From a virus: 64,000 nucleotides of DNA. The notes under the pieces are model-generated. The model made no database searches, was not told the DNA's origin, and saw only the letters and a list, made by a program, of their open reading frames with translations. The translations under genes and the position numbers were made by a program. Below, piece by piece: positions 33,256 through 41,496 of this stretch (position 1 is its first letter; each line of letters starts with the position of its first letter). Location of the stretch: IMG/VR virus record IMGVR_UViG_3300036846_000555, positions 1 through 64,000 of that record; one strand, 5' to 3'.

Positions 33256-33639
33256 ATGCCGTATAACCGTCCAGGCCCCGGCGTCTACGTCGTCAACGGT
33301 GGGACAGCGATCAACCATGGCGCGCCGGTGCAGCAGAACGGCTTCGTCGGCGTCGCGGTCAAGCAGCAGTTGGTGCCGTGGGATCAGGGACTCTCCGTCC
33401 AGGCGGTGATCCAGCCGAGCGAGCCGTACTTCATCATCACCAAGGGCGTCGTCCAGGTGCCGAACGCGGGGATCACCGCGAACGTCAAGGGCGACCCGAT
33501 CTACATCGGTGCGGGCAACGTGCTCACGGCCACGACCGGCAGCCCGAAGTTCGGGCGGGTCGTGGAGGTCGCGGGCTCGCGCGGTGTGCCGCCGAACAAG
33601 GTCCGGATCGACCTGGACTCCAAGGACAGCTTCGTCTAG
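33256..33639 (+). CDS. Capsid decoration/cement protein (DUF2190-like)
   Basis: G.PV...G.VGVA...TKGV..VP...GDPIY...; position between scaffold and capsid. Confidence 0.75.
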   Translation: MPYNRPGPGVYVVNGGTAINHGAPVQQNGFVGVAVKQQLVPWDQGLSVQAVIQPSEPYFIITKGVVQVPNAGITANVKGDPIYIGAGNVLTATTGSPKFGRVVEVAGSRGVPPNKVRIDLDSKDSFV

Positions 33640-33750
33640 TTCTCAGCCGGGTTCCCCACCCCGGCTGAGTCGGCCCCTCGGGGCATCATCATGGGCGCGT
33701 TGCGCCTCCCGGGGAGAAGCAGGCAGAACACATCACGAGGAGCAACGCAC

Positions 33751-34806
33751 ATGAACGGCAATCCATATGGGGTCTTCGGACGGCCGATCCGGCTGCTTGA
33801 GGCCTACCGCGAGTGGCGCGACGAGCGGATGCTGGAGGAGGCCGACTCCAAGGCCGACTTCCCATCCTTCCTGTACGGCCCGGTCCGTCAGTCGATGTGG
33901 ACCGGCTACAGCCGCGCCCAGGCGCAGTACCAGCGCTACACCCGCCAGGAGAACGCACCCGACTTCCGTGACCGGCGGCTGCGCGGCCTGAACGGGCTGC
34001 AGGGAATCGGCTACGTGGGCGACCACGGGCACTACCCGGGCATGGCGCGGACGGAGCGTCCGCCCGCCCGGCTGGCGGTCGACACCTACGGCGGCGTCTA
34101 CCAGATCACCCGCCAGGCGATCATCAACGACGACAGCAACGAGCTGCTGAACCGCAACCCGGCCGACATGGGCTACGCGGCCGGGGTGTTCATCCTGCAG
34201 ACCGTGATCGCGATGATCCAGAACCCCGGCAACGCGCCGGACGGCAACCCGTTCTACAGCGTCGCTCGCGGCAACCAGGTGGTCACGCCGCTGTCCGAGG
34301 ACGCGCTCGCGGACGCGATCGGGTTCATGGAGGCCCAGGTCGACGACGACGGCCGCCAGATCGTCGTCACGCCGCAGGTGCTGGTGGTCCGCAACGCCCG
34401 GATGCAGATGATTGCGCAGCGGATCCTGAACTCGACGCAGACCGGCACGCAGATCCAGTACACCGGCGCAGCCGGTGCCGGGTCCAACGTGTTCGACAAG
34501 GGCACGATCAACCCGCTGGCCGGGATCCTGCCCGCCGACGGCGTGATTCGCGACCCGTGGTTCAGCGATTCCAACGACTGGTACCTGTTCGCCGACCCCG
34601 GCGACGTCCCGTCGTTCGCCGTGGGCTTCCTCAACGGGCAGTCGGAGCCGCAGGTGATGCTCAAGGACCCGATGGTCCGGATGGCGCTCGGAGCGGGTAC
34701 CGACCCGTACCAGTTCGAACTCGACTCGGTCGACTTCAAGGTGAGGTCGGACTTCGGCGTGGCGCCTGTCGATCCCAAGGGCGCGTTCCGCTCAATCGTC
34801 CCGTAA
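33751..34806 (+). CDS. Major capsid protein (Mu gpT-like, HK97 fold)
   Basis: True start 33751 (GAGGAG RBS). ADFPSFL...TYGGVYQITRQAIINDD...WYLFADP...FLNGQSEP...FKVRSDFG..VDPKG. Confidence 0.9.
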   Translation: MNGNPYGVFGRPIRLLEAYREWRDERMLEEADSKADFPSFLYGPVRQSMWTGYSRAQAQYQRYTRQENAPDFRDRRLRGLNGLQGIGYVGDHGHYPGMARTERPPARLAVDTYGGVYQITRQAIINDDSNELLNRNPADMGYAAGVFILQTVIAMIQNPGNAPDGNPFYSVARGNQVVTPLSEDALADAIGFMEAQVDDDGRQIVVTPQVLVVRNARMQMIAQRILNSTQTGTQIQYTGAAGAGSNVFDKGTINPLAGILPADGVIRDPWFSDSNDWYLFADPGDVPSFAVGFLNGQSEPQVMLKDPMVRMALGAGTDPYQFELDSVDFKVRSDFGVAPVDPKGAFRSIVP

Positions 34807-34849
34807 CGCGGGTAGCCTCAGCACATCGAACCAAGGAGCAGACACAGCC

Positions 34850-35416
34850 ATGAGCCCGAGAGGTAACGATGCGGAGGCGGCGGGCACCGAGCTGCAGGCC
34901 CGGACCGGCGAGCCTCCCAACGCGGAGACGATGATCGCGGAGAACCAGGCGCGCTGGCCCGAGGGGCTGCGCGCCGCAAACAACCGCCCGATCGACCAGG
35001 ACGCGACCGACGAGCTGGAAGCGGATGAGGTCGAGGGCATGCTCGACGTGGAGGGTGACGTTCGCGTTCTCGGCCACGCGGTGCGCGGCCCGTTCGTCGT
35101 CGTCGTCTACGAGGACGAGAACGGCAACGTCCACAAGGAGGCGGTGCAGCGCAAGGGCCACGAGAAGCAGGCCAAGCGCATGGCAGGCCCGGAGCCGGAC
35201 GATCCCGAGAAGGCCGACCAGGAGTACCAGGACAAGGCCACGAAGCGCGCCAAGAAGGCGTGGGAGGCGCAGCAGAAGGCCGAGAAGGAGGCCGACGAGG
35301 ACGACGACGGCGAGTCCACTGAGCCTGCCGCGCCCGCTGAGCCTGCCGCGCCCGCTGAGCCCGCAGCGCCGCAGACGACGCCTGCCGCTGCTGGCCGCGG
35401 CCGCCGCCAGCAGTAG
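34850..35416 (+). CDS. Acidic head-associated hypothetical protein with EPAAPA repeats
   Basis: Directly after the capsid gene, strong RBS, and a 3x 18-bp repeat near 35320-35372. Confidence 0.7.
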   Translation: MSPRGNDAEAAGTELQARTGEPPNAETMIAENQARWPEGLRAANNRPIDQDATDELEADEVEGMLDVEGDVRVLGHAVRGPFVVVVYEDENGNVHKEAVQRKGHEKQAKRMAGPEPDDPEKADQEYQDKATKRAKKAWEAQQKAEKEADEDDDGESTEPAAPAEPAAPAEPAAPQTTPAAAGRGRRQQ

Positions 35417-35428
35417 GAGGAGGCGACG

Positions 35429-36016
35429 GTGAGCGTCACAACCTCATCGGGGCTGCCGCCCACCGTCGCCGACCTGGAGAGCTGGAGCCGGATCGACTTC
35501 TCGTCGCTCGACGCGCCGTTCACCGACAGCGACCTGGGCGTGCAGATCGTGCGCGCGACGGCGTACCTGACCGCGGTCACCGGCCGGGCGATGGACGACA
35601 CGATGCCGCCGCCGCTCGTCCCGATCGCGCAGGACGCCTACCAGCTCCAGGTCGAGCAGGAGGTGTTCAAGAGCCAGCCCGACTACGTCGAGACGTCCGC
35701 GGACGATCTCATCCAGAGCTTCTCGGCGGGCAACTACTCCGAGACCCGGAAGGAGCCTGGGCGCGCGACGCGCCGGTCGGTCATGCCGCTCGGGCTGCCG
35801 GACATCAACCCGGACCCGCGGCTGAACACCGACATCTGGCTGCTCTGCACGCCTGAGATGCAGGACTACTGGCGCTTCATCCTGCAGGGCGCGGGCGCCC
35901 CGACGTTTGAGGTCACCGAGGCCGACTGGGGCAACTACGACGGGCTGTACCCGTACAGCTACGGCGTGGGTGCGTTCCGCGGGCCGGTGCTCGATCCGGG
36001 CGTCTGGGGTGCGTAG
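35429..36016 (+). CDS. Head-tail adaptor (neck)
   Basis: Position and the TVADL...RAT.YL...TGR...SAGNYSET pattern. Confidence 0.65.
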   Translation: MSVTTSSGLPPTVADLESWSRIDFSSLDAPFTDSDLGVQIVRATAYLTAVTGRAMDDTMPPPLVPIAQDAYQLQVEQEVFKSQPDYVETSADDLIQSFSAGNYSETRKEPGRATRRSVMPLGLPDINPDPRLNTDIWLLCTPEMQDYWRFILQGAGAPTFEVTEADWGNYDGLYPYSYGVGAFRGPVLDPGVWGA

Positions 36017-36414
36017 TGTCGCTGCAGACCGCGCTGGTTGACCGAGCCCGTCAGGTCAGCGAGACGCCGACCGGCGAGAAGGTCGAGGGCTCGACGATCT
36101 TCCAGACGTCCAACGGCCCGTGGTTCAAGGTGCGGCTCACCATGTCGCCCGCGCCGGAGGCCGATGATCCGCAGGCCGGGCGTCGACGCGTCCCGCATCC
36201 CGGGACGATCCTGTGCGGCGTCAAGGACGCCGACGGCGGCGCGGTGACGATCAGCTCCGCGGACCGGCTGTGGGTCAACTCCAAGGAGTTGGGCGACGCG
36301 CTGTACGAGATCACCTCCGACGGTGAGCCGATCCGCAAGAGGCGCAAGCTGATCGGCTGGATGGCGAACATCACGCGCCTGGAGGAGCATCCCTTCACCC
36401 CGGCGGAGCTGTGA
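36016..36414 (+). CDS. Head-tail stopper or joining protein
   Basis: Position; beta-rich, with ADRLWV...YEI..DGEPIR. Confidence 0.6.
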   Translation: MSLQTALVDRARQVSETPTGEKVEGSTIFQTSNGPWFKVRLTMSPAPEADDPQAGRRRVPHPGTILCGVKDADGGAVTISSADRLWVNSKELGDALYEITSDGEPIRKRRKLIGWMANITRLEEHPFTPAEL

Positions 36415-36417
36415 GCC

Positions 36418-36954
36418 GTGGCGTGGGCGATTGAAGGCAAGTACTACGGGCCGAGTCTCTCCAACGCGTTCGCGCCCGAACCGGCGCGCGCGGCGGCCAA
36501 GAAGATGGCGCGCACCGGCACCGACCGCCTGCACGACCTGATCGTCGAGTTCACGCCGGTCAGGACCGGGAACCTGCGGTCGAGCTGGTACACGACCGGC
36601 ACGATCTCGGCCGAGCTGGCGGGCCGCGAGGGACACTACGTCGGACGGGTCAAGACCGATGTTGACTACGCGCCGGACGTGAACTACGGGACGGGGCTGT
36701 GGGGCCCGGAGCACCGCAAGTACCTGATCGAGCCGCACGCCCCCAACAAGTTCCTGTCGTGGATCGACCCGGCCACCGGCAGGCGCGTGTTCGCGCGGCG
36801 GGTGTGGCATCCGGGCAGTGAGGGCGCGCACATGATCGAGAAGGCGGCGGCGGTGCTGGAGGGAATGAGCGACCCGGCGCTGGAGGAGGATCTCCGGGAC
36901 TTCAAGCGGGCGATGGAGGACCAGATGATCGAGGCTCAGGCCGGGGCGAAGTGA
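36418..36954 (+). CDS. HK97 gp10-like neck/minor tail protein
   Basis: TPVRTGNLRSSW...VDYAPDVNYGTG...HPG.EG.HM.EKA. Confidence 0.85.
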   Translation: MAWAIEGKYYGPSLSNAFAPEPARAAAKKMARTGTDRLHDLIVEFTPVRTGNLRSSWYTTGTISAELAGREGHYVGRVKTDVDYAPDVNYGTGLWGPEHRKYLIEPHAPNKFLSWIDPATGRRVFARRVWHPGSEGAHMIEKAAAVLEGMSDPALEEDLRDFKRAMEDQMIEAQAGAK

Positions 36955-37535
36955 GCACCGGTAACGGCAACGGGCTGGACGTCGGGCGCAGCCATATCGA
37001 CGCGCTGCGCAGCGTCAAGCGCTACGTCTCGGTCGCGCTCGGCGACGACTGGGAGGTGCGCCTGGCGCGCGAGGAGGGCGCGTTCGCTCGCCCGTTCGCC
37101 CGCGTCTGGCAGGTCGCCGGGACGACGTACCCGCTGCTCAGCGGACGGTGGCTGACCGACATGGTGCAGCCGTTCGTGATCGCTGCCTACCCGGAGCAGG
37201 GCCGCGATCCGGACCAGGCGCTGCTGTTCGCCCAGTCGGTCGAGAACACGCTGTACAGGGCGTTCCGCGTCGGCGTGGAGGACGGCCGGGCGCTGCGCGT
37301 CCCGCTGTACAACTACTACCGGGTCAAGAGCTGGGATGCAGGCGTGTGGTATCCGCGGGCGTTCATGCGCGTCCAAGACCTCTCGACGCAGCCGTTCCCC
37401 GACCCGGATGAGAACACGCTGTGGACCGTGGTCTGTGACGTGCGCCTGACCTGGCGGCGGCTGGGCGAAACGATCCCGGAGCAGCCCGCGCTCAAGGGCG
37501 TCACCGTCTCAACTCCGTCTGTGGCCGGGCCCTGA
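36951..37535 (+). CDS. Tail terminator/completion protein
   Basis: Position between the gp10-like gene and the sheath. Confidence 0.6.
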   Translation: MSTGNGNGLDVGRSHIDALRSVKRYVSVALGDDWEVRLAREEGAFARPFARVWQVAGTTYPLLSGRWLTDMVQPFVIAAYPEQGRDPDQALLFAQSVENTLYRAFRVGVEDGRALRVPLYNYYRVKSWDAGVWYPRAFMRVQDLSTQPFPDPDENTLWTVVCDVRLTWRRLGETIPEQPALKGVTVSTPSVAGP

Positions 37536-37591
37536 TCCAGCCTTACTATCCGGCGCAGCCCGTCTGTGGGGTTCACAGAGAGGAGCACTGA

Positions 37592-37909
37592 ATGTCGGAA
37601 GAAGCAACACCACGCCGCGCGAGCAGAGCGAAGACCGAGGCCACGCCGGAGGCTCCCACCGAGACTCCCACCGAGGCCGCGACAGAGGGCACGACAGAGG
37701 GTGAAGGGGCGCAGAGCACCGGCGCGGAGGAGTCCGCTTCCATTCCGGTCACCCAACTGGTCGAGGAGTCAACCGGGTTCCTCGGCGTTCCGTCACACAC
37801 CGCCATGGGCGCGCTGAGCGGCGACCTGAGCGAGACGATGACGGTCGACGAGGCCAAGATGAAGGTGGACGAGTGGCTACAGCAGCCAGTCAAGGTCGAG
37901 GAGGGGTAA
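37592..37909 (+). CDS. Small acidic protein before the sheath
   Basis: GAGGAG RBS; ends with TVDEAKMKVDEWL. Confidence 0.7.
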   Translation: MSEEATPRRASRAKTEATPEAPTETPTEAATEGTTEGEGAQSTGAEESASIPVTQLVEESTGFLGVPSHTAMGALSGDLSETMTVDEAKMKVDEWLQQPVKVEEG

Positions 37910-37912
37910 CAC

Positions 37913-39388
37913 ATGCCTGGCGTCTTCTCCAAGGAAGCGCGGCCGGTTCGCCCCGGCGCGTACTTCGACTGGGCGGCGGAGCCGGTCGAGACCATCCTCC
38001 CGAGCATCGGCTCGGTGGTGCTGCTCGGCATCGTCCACGACTGGGGCCCGGCCGAGCAGGTGACCCCGACCGTGTCGCTGGGCGACTTCCAGTCCAAGTT
38101 CGGCTCGTCCAACACGCCGGGCTACCGCGCCGTCAAGCAGGCCTTCAAGGGCGAAGGGCTCCAGGGCCGAGGCGGCGCGGGAGAGGTGCTCGTCTACCGG
38201 ATCACCGGCGCCAGCGGTGCAGCCGCGTCGGCTGACGTGCAGAACACGACGCCCGCCACCGCGCTCACGCTGACGGCGAAGTACCCGGGCTCGTTCGGCA
38301 ACAACATCGGCTACAAGAGCCACGCCGACGTGGACGTGACGAAGAACGACTTCCTGATCTACGTCAACGGGCAGTTCGTCGAGACCTACACGTACGACAA
38401 GGCCGACATCCAGGGCCTCGTTGATCAGATCAACGCCACCTCGGTGTGGGTGTCGGCCACGCTCGGGATCGACGGCACGGCGCTCCCGACCACGGCATCG
38501 CCGGACGTGATCACGCCGCTGGCCACGGGCGACGACGGCTCGACACTGGTGCAGCAGGACTGGCAGGACTTGATCACCGCCTGCTCCAGCGCGCGCTTCT
38601 CGCTGTTCGCCGCGTTCGACCTGATCGACCCGACGACGCTGACGTCGCTGCAGCAGTGGTGCCAGCAGTCCAACCTGGGCGGCCGCCGGTTCATGCTGGT
38701 TGTCGGCGGTGGCACCGGTGACACCGCGACGACGGCCATCGCGCGCTCGACGACGCTGGAAGCGATGTCCTCGGGTGGCGGCGGCGAGAACATCGTCAAC
38801 GTCGGTGTTGGCACGCTGATCGACAACGAGTTCGGTGAGCTGTCCACGTCGCAGCTCGCGCCGCGGATCGCCGGGATCCTGGCGGCGCGCGGCGAGTCGA
38901 TGAGCCTGACGTTCGCGCGGCTGGCCGACACGGTCGCCGGGGTGCTGCCGAGCGACTCCGACGTCACCGCGTGCTTCAACGGCGGCGTCGTCGTGTTCGG
39001 GCAGGACTCCAACCAGGCGTCCCCGATCCGGGTCGAGAAGGGCCTGACGACCTACACCGGCGGCGACTCCACCAAGCCGTACCTGATCTACCGCAACCCG
39101 AAGTTCGTCAGGACCATGCACGGCATCGAGCTGGACATCACCGAGTGGTCCACGTCGAACGCCATCGGCTCGCTGCAGGTCAACGACGCGACTCGCGCGT
39201 ACGTCGTCGGCTACGCGCACCAGGTCATCCAGTCGCGTGCCGACCGAGGCGTGATCCAGTCCGGCTTCAGCGTCGGGATCGACCCGATCCCGCCGCCCAC
39301 CGACGACGACGAGTTCATCGCGCTGGTGTACGGCATCGCGTTCGGCCGCTCGGTCGAGCAGATCTTCAACCTCGTCTACATCAGTTAG
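37913..39388 (+). CDS. Contractile tail sheath protein (PBSX XkdK-like)
   Basis: RPGAYFD...DWGP...LTAKYPG..GN...P..AG..A...SLT...EKGLTTY...KFVRTM. Confidence 0.92.
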   Translation: MPGVFSKEARPVRPGAYFDWAAEPVETILPSIGSVVLLGIVHDWGPAEQVTPTVSLGDFQSKFGSSNTPGYRAVKQAFKGEGLQGRGGAGEVLVYRITGASGAAASADVQNTTPATALTLTAKYPGSFGNNIGYKSHADVDVTKNDFLIYVNGQFVETYTYDKADIQGLVDQINATSVWVSATLGIDGTALPTTASPDVITPLATGDDGSTLVQQDWQDLITACSSARFSLFAAFDLIDPTTLTSLQQWCQQSNLGGRRFMLVVGGGTGDTATTAIARSTTLEAMSSGGGGENIVNVGVGTLIDNEFGELSTSQLAPRIAGILAARGESMSLTFARLADTVAGVLPSDSDVTACFNGGVVVFGQDSNQASPIRVEKGLTTYTGGDSTKPYLIYRNPKFVRTMHGIELDITEWSTSNAIGSLQVNDATRAYVVGYAHQVIQSRADRGVIQSGFSVGIDPIPPPTDDDEFIALVYGIAFGRSVEQIFNLVYIS

Positions 39389-39400
39389 GAGGTGTGAGCG

Positions 39401-39943
39401 ATGTCAATCGGATCAAGCGAGGGCCTATACCGCGTCAGCGGGATGTACGGCTACGTGATCATGGACGGTCACGTCCGAGCGGAGATCACCGACGTCACGG
39501 CGACCATCACGATCGCCAAGGTCGAGATCCCGCTCGTGGGCGCCACCCGGATGGGCATCAAGCCGGGCCGGGAGACGCGCGAGGGCACGTTCACGGTGCA
39601 GAAGGTGGATTCGCACTGGGAGAAGTACGTCTTCAGCTACCTGTCGCAGAGCTTGGCCGACCGCCGGGCCGCGCGCGGCACGCAGGCGGGCTCGATGCGC
39701 TCGTTCGCGATGCAGGTGTGGCTGGACGACCCGGACGCGCTCGGCTACGAGGTCTGGCAGTTCAACGGCTGCATGATCTGGGACCTGCCGCTCGGGTTCA
39801 ACATCACCACCGACGTGCTCGACCGCTCGTTCACGTTCGGGTGGGAGACCGAGAAGCCGCTGGAGTCCTACGAGATCATCCAGGGCCAGACCAACCCGGT
39901 CACCGGCCAGCCCGCGATCACGGTGCTCGACTCGCTGAGCTGA
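39401..39943 (+). CDS. Tail tube protein (XkdM-like)
   Basis: SGMYG.V..DG.....TDVTA.I.I.K..I...G...G.FTV.KVDS...LDDPDALG.E...F.GC. Confidence 0.88.
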   Translation: MSIGSSEGLYRVSGMYGYVIMDGHVRAEITDVTATITIAKVEIPLVGATRMGIKPGRETREGTFTVQKVDSHWEKYVFSYLSQSLADRRAARGTQAGSMRSFAMQVWLDDPDALGYEVWQFNGCMIWDLPLGFNITTDVLDRSFTFGWETEKPLESYEIIQGQTNPVTGQPAITVLDSLS

Positions 39944-39947
39944 TCCG

Positions 39948-40385
39948 ATGCTGAAAGACGACGCATGGTTCTCGGGCTTCGTCGCTGGCGAGGGGTCGTT
40001 CTACCTCGCGGGACCGCGCCACGTGCCGCGGTTCAGCATCAAGCTGCGGGATGACGACTCGGCCGTCCTTCTTCTCGTGCAGCAGAGCTTCGGTGGGCGT
40101 CTGCTCTGGGGAAAGAGCAACTACCTGAGCGCCAACGGGCTGGTCGATTGGTCGGTCACGAACAAGAAGGGCTTGCGTGGCCTCGTCGAATACTTCGACC
40201 GCTTCCCGCTCTACAACAAGAAGGCGTGGGACTACGCGCTCTGGCGTGAAGCCGTGCTCGCGTATCTCCGGGCCGGATACCGCGCGCCGGAGTTGGCAAC
40301 CATCGCGGCCAGCTTCCGCGACGTACGCGACTACAGCCCGCAGCAGGCCAGCATGGTCCAGCGCCATCTGGAGGCCGTGGCATGA
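39948..40385 (+). CDS. Single-motif LAGLIDADG homing endonuclease
   Basis: WFSGFVAGEGSF...PRFSIKLR.DD..VL..V...FGG...W.VT....L..LV.YFDRFPL..KK..DY..W. Confidence 0.9.
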   Translation: MLKDDAWFSGFVAGEGSFYLAGPRHVPRFSIKLRDDDSAVLLLVQQSFGGRLLWGKSNYLSANGLVDWSVTNKKGLRGLVEYFDRFPLYNKKAWDYALWREAVLAYLRAGYRAPELATIAASFRDVRDYSPQQASMVQRHLEAVA

Positions 40386-40588
40386 CCGTGGTGGATTGGG
40401 AGCGGGCCTGGTTGGAACTCAAGACCTACCTGCTCACGAAGAACAGTCACGGCCAACGAGACCTCCTGTCTCAACTCACACGCATCGAGGTCGCCTGCCG
40501 CCTGCCTGAAGGCGAGCGCGACTTCGACCCCACACCGCAACGACAGTCCCCTACGCGCGCACTCCGCGAGGTGCAGCGGCATGGCTGA
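40382..40588 (+). CDS. Hypothetical protein
   Basis: ATGA coupling to the endonuclease. Confidence 0.55.
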   Translation: MTVVDWERAWLELKTYLLTKNSHGQRDLLSQLTRIEVACRLPEGERDFDPTPQRQSPTRALREVQRHG

Positions 40589-40633
40589 TCCGACCCACCG
40601 TCGCGAGGCCACCGGCCCCGGAGGAGCAGTCAC

Positions 40634-41242
40634 ATGGCAGACGCACCCGTCGCGGAAGACGTCCGCGTACAGTCGCCACCGCAGTCGCGGCAGCGTAAGC
40701 AGTCCCCGCCGTTGCCGCCGCCCACGGCTCTGAGAGGCCGCGAGGATCGCCCGCAGGAGGAGCGTCCCGTCCCGGAGGTTCTCGACTCGCTGGCGGGCGA
40801 CCGGCCCGTCACGGAGACCGAGGCGACGTCGGCGCTGGAGTGGTTCCTGTCCGAGGAGCCCGACGAGGACGGCGAGCAGACGCACACGATCGAGATCAAC
40901 GTCGGCATCGGCGATGCGCAGCACTGGATCTCGTGGGTCGTGCGGCCCATCGACGGCGACGTGCTGCGCCGGATTCAGCGCCAGACCTCGGCGATGCGTC
41001 GCCGCGGCCGCTCGGACGACCTGGCGGTCGACCAGCTCGGGAACCTCAAGGTGATCGTGGCGGGCTCCGTCGACCCGGACGTCGAGACGCTGGCGGAGCA
41101 GCAGGGCAAGCAGCCCGAGGCGATCCTGCTCAAGCGCTTCTCAAAGAAGCCGGGCCTGATCGCGCAGCTCGCGACGCAGATCATGGCGCTGTCCGGCTTC
41201 GATGACGACGACGTACGGGACGCCCTGAGCGCAAAAAACTGA
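40634..41242 (+). CDS. Tail assembly chaperone (XkdN-like)
   Basis: Position before the tape measure; KKPGLIAQLATQIMALSGF; ends in GCA AAA AAC TGA. Confidence 0.85.
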   Translation: MADAPVAEDVRVQSPPQSRQRKQSPPLPPPTALRGREDRPQEERPVPEVLDSLAGDRPVTETEATSALEWFLSEEPDEDGEQTHTIEINVGIGDAQHWISWVVRPIDGDVLRRIQRQTSAMRRRGRSDDLAVDQLGNLKVIVAGSVDPDVETLAEQQGKQPEAILLKRFSKKPGLIAQLATQIMALSGFDDDDVRDALSAKN

Positions 41243-41496
41243 TCAAGGCCGGGGGCGAGGCGCGGCTTCTGTCCCTGGCCTGGAGGTACGGCGGTGAGGA
41301 CCCTTACCGGACCTACAACGGGCTCGACGAGGACTACCGCCCGCTCGGGCGCCCGAACGAGGACGCGCGCCCGCCCATGTACCCGAGCCGTCTGCGGCAC
41401 TTCATGTACGGGTGCGCGATGGCGGCGCTCGATCAGGACACGAAGATCGCGGGTGGCTCGACGGCGCGCCGGGCGGTTAGGGCGATGGGGGGCTAG
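41233..41496 (+). other. -1 programmed frameshift site and extension of the tail chaperone (lambda gpG/GT type)
   Basis: Slippery heptamer A AAA AAC at 41233-41239. The -1 frame is open for 86 aa (KLIKAGGEARLLSLAWRYGGEDPY...) to a TAG abutting the tape-measure ATG. Confidence 0.85.

Noticed and set aside
39944-40630. Group I intron or intein around the LAGLIDADG gene
   Set aside because: The flanking tube and chaperone genes are intact with their own stop and start, and there is no room for an intron core.
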